NCBI GenBank assembly: GCA_013265495.1
Contig: MU058844.1
Coordinates: 12,422,184-12,486,183, forward strand
Direction: 5' to 3'
Source: Vicugna vicugna
Taxonomy: Eukaryota
Length of the DNA: 64,000 nt
Shown: positions 26,265-37,443 of the stretch, piece by piece
How the letters are laid out: each line of letters starts with the position of its first letter
How positions within the stretch are numbered: the first letter of the stretch is position 1
The notes under the pieces: model-generated
The model's input: the letters and a program-made list of their open reading frames with translations, nothing else
What the model was told of the DNA's origin: nothing
Databases searched by the model: none
Position numbers and translations under genes: made by a program

Positions 26265-26880
26265 TTAAAAAAATTTTATAGTAAAACATATATATATAAA
26301 ACATAAATTTGACATTTTAACCTTTTCTTCTTATTGAGACATAGCTGATTTATGAATGTTGTACTAGATTTTAGCCATTTTTAAGTGTACAATTCAGTTG
26401 CATCACTTACATTTACAATGTTGTACAACCATCACCATTATCTATTTCCGAAAGTTTTTCAGCATCTCAAACAGAAACTCTATAACAATCAAGCAATAAT
26501 TCCCTCATCCCTCCCTTCCCCCAGCCCCGGTAACCTTAATCTATTTCTGTCACTATGAATTTACCTATTCTTGATATTTCACATATGTACACTCATATAA
26601 TTTTTGTCCTTTTGTCTTTAGCTTATTTTAGGTAGCATAAAATTGTCAAGATTCATCTATGTTGTAGCATGTATCAGAACCTCAACCTTTTTGTGGTTGA
26701 ATAATATTCCATTGTATGTATATACCACAATTTGCTTATCCAGTCATCTGTTGATGAATATTTGGGTTGTTTGCACCTTTTGGCTATTCTAAAGAACTGT
26801 GTAATGAAAATGGGTGTGCAAATATCTGCTCAAGTCCCTGCTTTCAACTAATCTGGGTATATATCTAGGAGTGAGATTGT
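26265..26880 (-). mobile_element. L1MB/L1MA-type 3' end
   Basis: acataaatttgacattttaacc...ttaagtgtacaattcagttgcatc...gttgtacaaccatcacc...gtgcaaatatctgctcaagtccctgctttcaa. Confidence 0.8.
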
Positions 26881-26889
26881 ATATACCTA

Positions 26890-27665
26890 GCGTGGGAGGG
26901 AATCTCCACCACCTCCAGAGCAGGGAGCCTGCACAGCGGCTGCCCAGCTGGATTTCTCATTGCTATGAACCAATGACTGTCACGGATCTCCCGGTCTGCC
27001 CTTTTCCAAATACAAGTTTCTACTGTAGTTATCCTATTCCTGGTCGATATTTTTTATCTGAGGTTTGTCAAGGGGAAGGAGGTGGTGGGCGGACAATTTG
27101 TTTTTTAATTCATAGGTCTCTGGACCAAACGAACACATTATTTACAGTGCTTGGACTTTATCACAGATGAGGCGCCTAGGTGGAACTTTGGGTTGTTTCC
27201 TTTAGGCAGGATGTCACGCAGATATTTGGTGGCCAGAAGGCAGTCAGTGGCAGAAACGGCTAGCTGTCCCAGGAGTCCTTCCTCCCTGTCCACAGTGTTA
27301 GCTTCTCACCAGGACATGCTACGGAATCAGCGATTATGATCACAGCTGCCTTCGAGTCCAGTGTGGCCGTATGACTAGCTATTCTTTCAAGAGAATGTGA
27401 GTACAAGTGATGTATGCCCTGTCCACAGTCTGATTTCCCTTCCACTATCTAGAAACAGAGGCCTCGGGAGCTCGGCTAAAGAGACTGCAAAGCCACAAAG
27501 GGAAGGAGCTTGCATCCCAGAGATGCCACTTACAGGAAAGCCACCTGCCGTCCTGGACCACCATTATCAGCCATTACAGGAGCGAGAGGTAAACTTTCGC
27601 TTTGTCAAAGGCACTGTAAATTTAAAGTTTCTTTGCTATGGAAGCTAGCAGCACCCTAATTAGCA
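26890..27665 (+). mobile_element. MLT1-type LTR (~27248-27665) with adjacent internal-like sequence
   Basis: gtggcagaaacggctagctgtccc...gtgtggccgtatgactag...gaatgtgagtacaagtgatgtatgcc...gagaggtaaactttcgctttgtcaaagg. Confidence 0.55.
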
Positions 27666-27716
27666 TGCTCCTGAAAGAAGTGAAGGAGAGAGAGGTACCC
27701 AGCTCTCTAGGTAAAA

Positions 27717-28348
27717 AGACAAGGAGCCTTTGGCACTACCTTAAAGATCTATCCAGAATCCAAACACTGCTTCCCATCTCCACCACCACCACCTGATTCC
27801 AAGTCACCTTGTGTCCCCTCTGAATTATTTTAAAAGGAAGCAATATAAACAGACACAAATAACTTTATTTTTGCTTTTAAACATGCGATTTGTAAGCTTA
27901 GTTTGAGCTATTCACAAGCAGAGGGAACAGTAAAGGCATAGCCCTCAGGCAGTAGAATAACAAGTGTTTCCAGGGATTAACAAGGAGTAGAGTGTGGCTG
28001 AAGCCCAGCAAACAGGGGGAAAAGTTGAAGGTGATAAGATCAGAGCTGTAAAAGGAGGCCAGATCTGTAAGACCTTGTTGGCCATTGTAACGACCTTGGC
28101 TTGTACTTTGAATGAGCTGGGGAGCCACAGGAGTGTTTGGAGAACAGGGAAGACATGACCTGACATTTTAGTTTGGGTCATTGTTCCTGGTGCTTAGGAG
28201 CAAATTACAGAGGGACAACATATAGAGAGGCTTATGGAAACAATCCAGGGGAGACACAAGGTGGCTTGGAGTCAGGTGATGGTGGAGGTGGGAAGCAGTG
28301 TATGGATTCTGGATAGATCTTTAAGGTAGTGCCAAAGGCTCCTTGTCT
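27717..28348. repeat. Long inverted repeat; arms 27717-27830 and 28238-28348
   Basis: 27717-27762 is the exact reverse complement of 28303-28348 (46 bp); similarity extends over ~110 bp at about 90%. Confidence 0.95.
27905..28335 (-). mobile_element. L2 LINE fragment
   Basis: Minus-strand peptide FPVLQTLLWLPSSFKVQAKVVTMANKVLQ matches the L2 ORF2 C-terminal PxLxxLHWLP...K motif. Confidence 0.8.
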
Positions 28349-31300
28349 GAAATTCAGGCATAAATGATATTTATGCTCTGGCTGGCTCATGTCAGAGAAC
28401 TCTATGTGCACTGAGAACAGAAGTTGGCTCCCAGCTGCTCATAAAGCACTCGGTGTCTTCTGCAGCGGAAAGGGCGCTGCCAATGCATAACGGCATTATT
28501 GTTTCCTTATATGTATTAATAATTGATGTGTAAAAAGTAAACAAAACTAACTGAAGGGCTTATGAATGCTTTCTGAGCTACTCAGCTGCTAAATACTTTT
28601 CATTGAGATTTAATGCTATTAAAATACATTCACCCTCAATGCATTCATTAATATTAACCATGAGACTGCCATTGGCCTGAGAGACAAGATTGCTTTGGGT
28701 TCTTTCAAACAGCCAACTGTCATGGTTCCAAAACAAACAAAAATGGCAGGCTACCACTTTCAATAGGAAAACTATCAAGATGTCAGTTTCATAGCCATGA
28801 AATTGAGTGACTGCGTGGAGGGTTACCCTCTCTTACTTCTAACTGCAGATTTAACAAGGGAATCATTAGATAATGGTGAGAGCAAAATTAATTTCTTACT
28901 ATGGTGCAAATTTTAATTCAACTCTTGCTTTTCCTTTTTGAAGTTTAGTCCTATAGTTACAACATGTGACATTTCTCACTGGCACTATTGTCTGCTTCCC
29001 TCTTGTTATAATAGATTCTCAGTTATGCCTCAGTTGAGTTTGTACATTTTCACTCCTTTAGAAGAGTCACTGGAGAAAAGGTAATCCATTTAAACTGTAT
29101 TGCTCTTCAACTAGCAACTTTGCCTGGTTTAGGCTGACACTGACTGAGGTGCAATCTTTTTTTAAAATTTTTAGTCATTAAAAGAAATCACAAGATTCCA
29201 AAAAGTTTAGGAAGAAAGCAAACACAAACCACCCTAAGTGGATACTCCAGGATCATGTCACTGTAATTGCAAACATCAGTATAGTATTTAACCATGAAGC
29301 AAGTAAAGAAATCTGTAAAATGGGAATACAAATTCGATTAAATTTCAGCAAACATAAGAAAATAGTAGAAGTGACCACATGAGAATATAATCAAACAATA
29401 AGAAATCCAGTAAAACTGTGGTGTTGGACACAGGAAGAAATTCTCCCTGAGTCAAAAAGATAAGCAAAATTTAACTTCATCAGCTAAAAAAATGTTGACT
29501 GACTGAACCAAAGAGGAATTAGAGACAGAAACACACACACAAAGGATATCAAGTTTACTAAATAGATAAAAGGCCTAAAAGGGGAGAAATAAATGCAACA
29601 AAATATTAGACATTATTTGCAAAAACAAAAAGAGGAATAAGAAAATATTCTCACTTAAACTACATAAAGTACAAGATAAAATAAAGAAAACTATGCTGTC
29701 TTACGAATGAGGACCTGCAACTTTTAAAAACAACATGAAACAAAAGAAACCATTTTGAGGGGCACACCTTTGCCCAAAACACAATCACTCTTGATGGGAC
29801 TTTTATAACAGACAACATCTGGAGAGGAGAGAAAGAAAACGTAACTAAAGTATGTCATTAAAAATGCAGACCAAAAGAACACATGCTCATTTGGAGGGCC
29901 TTGGGGGTCCTTCTGCTAGACGGTACCGTTCTTTACCACGGGTGCAGCCAAATACAAGAACAAAACAAGTCTGCTCTACCATCATGGAAGTGGCAGCTGG
30001 ATAAAGCCTAGACATTTTATCCACTGCAGGTTTTATTCATATCTTTTAAATAATTTGGGGATCCCAAATAATTGTATCAAGTTGGTCTTGCAAGCCTCCA
30101 TTTTCTCACACTCCTTTCTGAATCTGTCTCCCTTTATCAGAAGATTCTTTCTCTTCCTACCCGCCTAGGAACGTGAAGTCATCTCCATTCAAGCTTTCCT
30201 ACTGGAACAACTCCTGCCCTCAATCTTACCTGGTTCCACTCAAGTCTGCCCCACTCAACTACGCCTGCCCTGAGCTCTCTCTCTCTCCTCGGGGCCTGGT
30301 ATCTTCCAGGCCCAGTTATCTACGGCCACAATGATAAACTTCTCCAAGGGTAGTGAGGCCCTCAGTACATGCCCAAGAAGTGGCGTCTCACTTTGTAACC
30401 AGAGGGGAGAGGAGCATTTTGGAAAATAATTCATCCAAAGAGACCTAAATGTGGTCCATTTACAATGGCTCAGCCACTGGAGGCGGGGGCGAATTATGAG
30501 TATAGCACACTGTCTACTGCCCAGACTTGGCCCCCAGCCCAGGCCCCATGACTGAATGCTTAGAAGTAAGGATAAGAAGTAAAAATTAACCACCAACAGA
30601 GAACCAGAGATTTTTCTCTGACTATTTCAGCACAGAAAGGCACTGGCCTGATACGACTTAGCTGGAAGGTTGGGAGAAGGGCGCAAGATGGGGGCCAAGT
30701 CCATCTCCCATACTTCTGGCAGTAACACCAACAAAATCCAGATCTCACTCATGTGATGGTGCCCTTGATGGAGGACATGACAGCATCACAGAGCATCCGT
30801 GATCTCCTGAGTGCCAACAGCTTCATCGGCAGGAGGCAGCCAGGCTGCGTGGAGATACCTGATGTCTTGCATTCCCAGTGGGGCAGAAAGAAACCATCAT
30901 ATGGCAGCGGAGGCCTTGGGTGTCAGAGAAGGCTGAAAGGACTTGTTTGAGAGTATGTGTGACTGGGGACACCCAGAATTCATTGGGGAGGCAGAAGTGA
31001 GTCATTGAATGAGGCCAGAAGATCCAGTGTTTTACAGAAGGTATTACACAGAAACAATGTTTTGTACTTTAAGGTTAACCCCATTTTCACCCCCAGGTGT
31101 GGTCTCAGGACAGCTGTCTCAAAGTGCTCCATGGGTGATGTTGGTTAAGTAATTACTCTTTCCAGGAAATGTTTGCATTTTAAAAGGGGCTTTGTGTAGA
31201 CAATATCCTACCCTTTGTAAATCAACACTTCCCCTGACTGTTTAGTGAAGTCATGGGCTAATGTACCTCCACTTGAGCTCAATACTCTGCTTGTCCAGTT

Positions 31301-33394
31301 CTCCCAAGGCAGGAGGCCACTGCATGTGATGAGGTGGCTCTGGATTAGGAGAAGGTAATATCTGAAGTATTTAAAGTTAAGTTTCCAGTTCCTGAGCCCC
31401 TAATCCCAAACTCATCTTTCCACTTCACTATGAAAACATTTTCATTTGGTCTTACAAAGTACTATAATAAATAAATGCTATTAAAATAATGCTATTAGGG
31501 AGGTATAAAAAGTGACATTCAGCCATTTAATTCTAAACTCAGAAAAATGAAAGGTCACTCTACGGCCTGATATTTTTGTAACATTCTCATTATTAATGTA
31601 CGTACCCTACGTAATATAATATGATGAGCAGAGATGTGTTCAGTTTCACCAAATATGGAAATAAAAAAAGTGATTTTCGTGACATTCTCACATATCCACA
31701 CTAAGTGATTAGGCATCAGTAGCAAACAGTTTTAAGAGGCAAACCTAAGTATCCAATAAATATTTAATTGGAAGGTTCTTCAGAGGTCATCCAAATCAGA
31801 CCTACCATTTTAAAGAGAAAACTGAGGTCGAGGTAAGCAATACCTTTTGTTCCAGGCCACCCAGCAAGTTCCTGGCCAAGCCTGATCTAGAACCTGTGTC
31901 TCTCCACCACTCAAAGTGAATGCCTCCCCTTCTGGGTAAGAGTCTGGAGATTAAGGGGAAGCTTGTTCCCCATTTTCTCCAGAATCTCAGTTACAGGGCA
32001 GCAGTCAATCTCTATTTTTACTCTTTATATATTGTGGTCCCTCCAAACAACCATGCCCAAACCTGCAGCATAAATGTGGCATCATGTAAAGGCGTGTCAC
32101 ATTATATACCCTTCATTATCACATTATTCCCAGAAACACCTAACCCCGCTCAAAATCCATCCTATCTGCTGTGGTCTTAAATGTTTATTACAAACACTCC
32201 CTGCATCCTTGCCTAAAACATGCCCACACAAGTGCACACACACACACATACACACATGCACAAAACATACGCTGTCTTTTCATTGAGTGAGAATGCCAAT
32301 CACACAATCCTTCAGGGAACTGACCTTGCTCCACAGTGCCAAGAATGACAAGGAGTCTGTGAAGATAAAAAATGAACTCCCTCTGCTCACTATGGGACAT
32401 TCAGTCACAGCTTAGGCACCTCCCTTTGAATAGCTGGACATCTGGGTGTCATTTGAGATGGCAGCTGTAGCTGCCCTTTGGTATTAATATGATCTTTTTT
32501 GTTGTTGTGGCTAAGGCCATGTGTAGGAACCAATCACGGACTTATTCTCCTTCTGACATTGTTTGTGCTCAGCCAAGAATAAATGTTCTGCCTCCTCTGA
32601 ACTTGCAAGCAGTTAGAGAAGCAAATGTATCACATTCCCAGATCTGGAACAGCTGAAGACAAGGGCCATTTTACATGGCAGACCCTCAGTTTAAGAAGAA
32701 CCGTTAAACCGATCCACTCAAAGAGATCTAAGAATTGCTAGGATGTGGAGCCAAGGTCCCTCTGTTATCCAGGTGGTGAAAAATCAGTTTCTAATTCCCT
32801 TCTGTGACTGTACTTTTGCAAACAGATGCTATACTGAGATGACTGTGCTTGCAGCAGTGGAAGAAAAGGAAATTATCAGAGGAAGCTGATACATGAAGTG
32901 GACAACTCATACCAAAGACATGAATTGTATTTCACTACAGTATATTCTTTATGTAAAGGGTGACAAATCTTGAGATGTGGAACCCCAAAAGGGCAAAAGA
33001 CCATTTGCAAATTTGACAAGCTGGAGAGTAATAAGTCTTGTGTGTACAGAGCAACGTCAGATATCATCTGTGTACATTTTCATATCACAACCCTTGCTGC
33101 CTGTTCCTCTGATACACCTCCACCCTGCCCATCAGATTTCTCATTTACAACCTCAGCTCCTTCCAAAAACCAATGACATAGCCACAAACCAGCAAGAGTC
33201 AGTCCTTTGAAACCTCTGCACATATTCCAGAGGGTAACATACCCCCCCCCAACTCTTCCTATCCTCATTGATGGGAACTGTGGGTCTGTTTCTGAAACCA
33301 CTGAGTAAGAAGCATTCAAAGGAATCAATTAAAAACCATACCATTAGCCTGATGCTAAGGAACAAGACACTATGCATCGAAAAAATACTTAATA

Positions 33395-33520
33395 TCCAAG
33401 TTCAATTCCAGATCAAGCAAGCCAGAAATCTCTGAGTGTGCAGTTCAGGTATTGGTATTTAAAAAAAAAAATTCTCTCCAGGTGACTTTAAAGCATAGAG
33501 TTGAGGACCACGGGCTTAGC
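33395..33520. mobile_element. MER5A-like DNA transposon fragment
   Basis: cagaaatctctgagtgtgcagttcaggtattggtattt...ctctccaggtgactttaaagca...gttgaggaccacgggct. Confidence 0.55.
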
Positions 33521-33627
33521 ACAATACAGAACCCTGAGGGCTGTTGCCCCCTAGGTAATATTATACCATTCCAAAATCCATGACCTTTCAGATTGAAATG
33601 TAAAATACTTCAAGTAGCATGAAACCT

Positions 33628-34130
33628 GGTGTGGCAATTTTTAAATATGGCCCCAAGTTCTTTAACACGTCTCCCACTGAGAAGTAGGGTGTATGTCCTC
33701 ACCTCTTGAATATGAGTGGATCTTTGACTGTTTCATTTTGGAAAGTATAGCAGAAGTGATGCTGTCTCAGTTCTGGGGCTACATCACAAAAGGCGGTGCA
33801 ATTTCCCGTTTGTAGGCTGGGAGATTCATCTTGGAGCCCTGAGCCACCACATAAGTCCAACCGACCTGAACCACTGTGCTATGAGGAAGACAACGAATAT
33901 AAGGGAGCCACATCTTCCTGATGCACTACCTGAGTTTCCAGCCACTATCGGCATCAACTGAACAACTGAGAGACTGACAGATGACTTACAAATTCCAGGA
34001 CTTGAAAACATCCATATAAATAAGTGTGTTGGAGTACTGTCTCTGAATTTGTCCATCAAATATTCATTTTCCAGTTTTCCCTCCAAATCTCAGACCACTT
34101 TTGCTTTAAGCAGTCAATGAACTGACAAGT
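33628..34130 (+). mobile_element. MLT1E/F-like LTR
   Basis: tgtggcaatttttaaatatggccccaagttctttaacacgtctcccactgagaagtagggtgtatgtcctcacctcttgaat...ggagccctgagccaccacataag. Confidence 0.75.
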
Positions 34131-34337
34131 ATCAGAAACTATAATATATATAAATATATATATTTAGTTTTCCTTATTTTGAATAGAGGTTACATTTGAA
34201 TTGAGATAGGCAAGTAAAATACTCAGAAAATGCTAGGAAAAGGTCTGTAACATAAAACCGCCTAACTTCAAAGAAACAACCAATGTTATTTTGAAATATC
34301 AGAGAGATGAACAGACTTTAATCATTGGAATATTGAT

Positions 34338-34798
34338 CTAGAAGGCTGAATAGGGGTCCACAAAAAAAAGTGTATCTATGTCCTAATCCCTGGAACCTGT
34401 GAATGCTACCTTATTTGGAAAAAGGGTCTCAGAAGTCATAATTAAGACTCTCGAGATGAGGTCATCCTAAATTATATACCGATGGGACCTAAATCCAATG
34501 ACAAGTATCCTTATAAGAGGCAAACAGGGGAAATTAAATAGACAGAAGAAGAGGCAATGTGACCAGCCAGGCAGAGATGTGAGTGAGGAACCCACACATA
34601 CGTCAAGGATTGCTTACGACCACCAACCACCAGAAGCTGGAAGAGGCAAGGAAAAGACTCCCCAGAGCACCAGAGAGAGTGAGGCCCTGCCAACAGCCAG
34701 CTTTTAGACTTTCAGCCTCCAGAATTGTGAGAGAATAAACCTTGCTTTACCCACCAGTTTGTGGTAAACAGTTACAATAGTCACAGGAAATTAATAGA
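34338..34798 (+). mobile_element. MLT1C/D-like LTR
   Basis: gtcctaatccctggaacctgtgaatgctaccttatttggaaaaagggtct...ccaccagaagctggaagaggcaagga...cctccagaattgtgagagaataaa...caggaaattaata. Confidence 0.88.
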
Positions 34799-35249
34799 GT
34801 TGAAAAAATTTTTTTTCTTCATCTAGTTTTCTACTTTCACATAAATGTAAAACTTAACAAATCACAATTTTATTTTTTATACTTATCTCTTTATGCTTCT
34901 ACCTACAAGAGAGATTTCAGTTCAAAATATCATCTGGATTATTCACATGTCAAATTTTTATTACTATTTTTCTTTATGTTTAATGTTACCCGTGCTTTTT
35001 TTTTTTGTCTTTTTAATGTATGACCTAGCAGTGATTTTTAGACTGTACCTATCACCAATCTTAATAGAGCACAGATGAAGCACTTGACTAACTGTTCTCA
35101 TTTTTGCAGTTTGTTTAAATATTAAATGTTAAATATATTTGGGAGGTGAGCGTGGAGCACATGGTACAGAAATAATAATAAGAAGAATGATAGCCTTGCT
35201 ATCAAGTATACTGTTTGTAGGGAAATGTCTGTAGACGTGCTTTAAAGAA

Positions 35250-35620
35250 AGTTGGCAAATTCCAATAACGAGACATCCTACAAAATAACTTACCAGGACT
35301 CCTCCACACTGTCGAGGTCATCAAAAATGAGGAAAGTCTGAGAAATTGTCACAGCCAAGAGAAGCCTAAGGAGACACGAGGACTAAATGTAATGCTGTTA
35401 TCCTGGAACAGAAAAAAGGACAGTGGACAATAATCTCGGAAATCTGAATCAAGTAATTACTTTAGTTCAGAATAATATATCGATATTAGTTCACTAATTT
35501 TAACCAACGTACTATGCAAATATAAAGATGTTAATGAACAGGTGGAAACTGCGTGCCAGATACATGGATTCTGTCCTATCTCTTCAATTTTTCTGTAACT
35601 TTAAAACTATTCTTAACATT
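35250..35620 (+). mobile_element. L1MC-type 3' end
   Basis: gacatcctacaaaataacttaccaggactcctc...gtcatcaaaaatgaggaaagtctgagaaattgtcacagccaagag...ttttctgtaactttaaaactatt. Confidence 0.75.
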
Positions 35621-35624
35621 TGTT

Positions 35625-35626
<2 letters not shown>

Positions 35627-35654
<28 letters not shown>
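35627..35654. repeat. (AC)n microsatellite about 0.85 kb upstream of the inferred TSS
   Basis: Perfect AC run. Confidence 0.95.
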
Positions 35655-35657
<3 letters not shown>

Positions 35658-35899
35658 GCTGTCTATCAACATTTCATATTCAAAGTAAAAAACTAATGTT
35701 GAAGGAAGTGAAACATTTAATACAAATCAGCAATGTTGAGGAAATTTTCTCGACTGTTTCCCAGAACGCTAGTCCACATTGCAGTTACTTAATAAGGCTA
35801 ATTACCGACGACGTTCTGAAAAGGGGACACCACAAATAAACTTTCCTGGACTTGCAAAGAAAGAAAAAACAGCTGGTCCTGCCTGCAAACTAGTTACCA

Positions 35900-37030
35900 G
35901 GGCTAACTGGCGTGCCATCTGCTCGCGGCATGGAGTGGTAACCATGGTTCACGTGTCACACCAGCGTTCGTGTGAGGAAGTCTGCCCCAACAAGCCCGGA
36001 CAACTCGGCTTCCGCGCAGGTTGCTGGGCGGCGGGGTGGCGGCAGCAGCATCCAGGCTGTGTATATCGTTTTTCCAAACTCCATCTGCTTTGCCCTCCCC
36101 TGACTGTGCCCGCGGTCTCCCCGCGCGGCAAGCCGAGGGGACGGGAGCGGGTCTTTTTCGCATAACAAAAGGGCCCTCCTTCCCGTCCTCCTCCTCCTTC
36201 TCCTCCTCCTCCCGCCGCCCCGCGCCGCCCCGCACCGCCCCCACCTTGGCTTCCCGCGGCCGCCCGGGCCCGCGTCCCCGGCAGGAATAGGCTCCCGGGC
36301 CCGAGGTTTCCAGGTACCCGGAAGGGGGAGGGGGCCGAGGCGGCAACAATTGGGCGGGTGAGGGCGAAACGCGCGCCCAGGAGCGCCAAGACTCCGAGGG
36401 GCGGCGAGCCCGGGCCGTGCCGCCGCGCGATTGGCCGGGGCCGCCCCGCCGGCCGCCGCTGATTGGTGGATTCTCAAATTCGGTCTCAAGGCGCCAGAGG
36501 AGGTGTTTTAGCGGGGACTGCGATCCGGGACTGCAGTCGCGCTCGGCGGGTCGGAGCGCTGGCGCTTCCCGGACGCCGCGGGGTCCCCGCCAGCGCAGGG
36601 CACTCGGAGCGGGGAACTGAGCGCCTCGCTTTCCCCGCCAGATGTCTCCGCCCGGCTGCTGATCACCTCGCCCAGCTGATCCCGCGCCGGTGTGGGATCG
36701 TGGAGGTCCCGGTGGAGGCAGGAAGCCTCCTTCGCAAAACGGGAGTAAGTAGCGTGCGGCCCCAGCACCGGCGAGGAGGCGGGAATTGGGGGGAAAGGGC
36801 ACCCTCCCGCCCCGGCTGCCAGCCTGCCACCCGTCCCCTCCCCGGCTGGCGGGGAATCGAGGCTTTTCCGCCTCGGGACCCGGAGCGCGTGGGGTGTCTT
36901 GGCTCCAGCTCTCCCTCCAGCGGGGCAGTAGAGAGGACTTGCCGTTCTTCGGGATTTGGGGGTTTCACTGCAACAGTTTATCCTTGGGGTCTGCTGGGAG
37001 GCCTGGGAAGGGGCTGCGCTAAGGGCTGGG
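35900..37030 (+). promoter_or_regulatory. E2F7: CpG-island promoter of E2F7 (TATA-less; GC boxes, inverted CCAAT boxes, E2F-type sites, E-box, ETS motifs)
   Basis: Very high GC and CpG density immediately upstream of the first coding exon; ATTGG at 36349, 36430 and 36462; CACGTG at 35950; GGCGGGAA at 36778; multiple GGGCGG/CCGCCC. Confidence 0.9.
36490..36744 (+). other. E2F7: Putative non-coding exon 1 (5' UTR); 5' boundary is an estimate
   Basis: Consensus-like donor GGA|GTAAGT at 36744/36745 inside the island, downstream of the CCAAT boxes; exon 2 begins exactly at the ATG, so an upstream exon is required. Confidence 0.65.
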
Positions 37031-37443
37031 TGGGTTTGGTCTAGCGATCAGATTTCCTTTCCCCCTGATTCAAAACCCCCTCAAAGCCGAATTCCTCCTA
37101 GTTCTTTGCGCCAAAATTAACTGACCTAGGAGACCCTGTACTTTCTGGCAGATTTGTCCTACACCTTCTTGACTTGGAACTTAATTTTGTCCTACTGCTT
37201 TTCATTAAAAAATTACTATTTTTGTCGAAGCTTTTTTTCTTCCCAAGTTTTCAGTAATTAATAAGCACACTTTAAGTGTTTGTTCATGTGCGTTTTAGAG
37301 AGCTAGGGCGGATACAAGCCTGGAAATTCCCAGGATGAGTTAGGGAGGGGAAGTTCATGTTCATGAGCGAGTAGTAGATATTTCTGTTGAAAGAGAAAAT
37401 ATCCAATTGTAAAGTCATTTTCCCATATAATTATGCATTACAG

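Noticed and set aside
29150..29900. A-rich tract that might be a distinct element
   Set aside because: Most likely a very degenerate sense-strand L1 fragment; nothing diagnostic enough to call
30255..31005. Moderately GC-rich stretch with several short ORFs; possible processed pseudogene or exon
   Set aside because: No recognisable protein similarity, poly-A tail or TSD; cannot be supported without a search
35779..37044. Long overlapping ORFs (up to 299 aa, both strands) over the promoter
   Set aside because: Expected in a CpG island, where stop codons are rare; Pro/Gly/Arg/Ala-rich low-complexity translations, no recognisable domain, mostly non-ATG starts
37387..37443. N-terminal extension of E2F7 suggested by the ORF track
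   Set aside because: Starts at TTG and lies in the intron 1 acceptor region; similarity to E2F7 starts at the ATG at 37444
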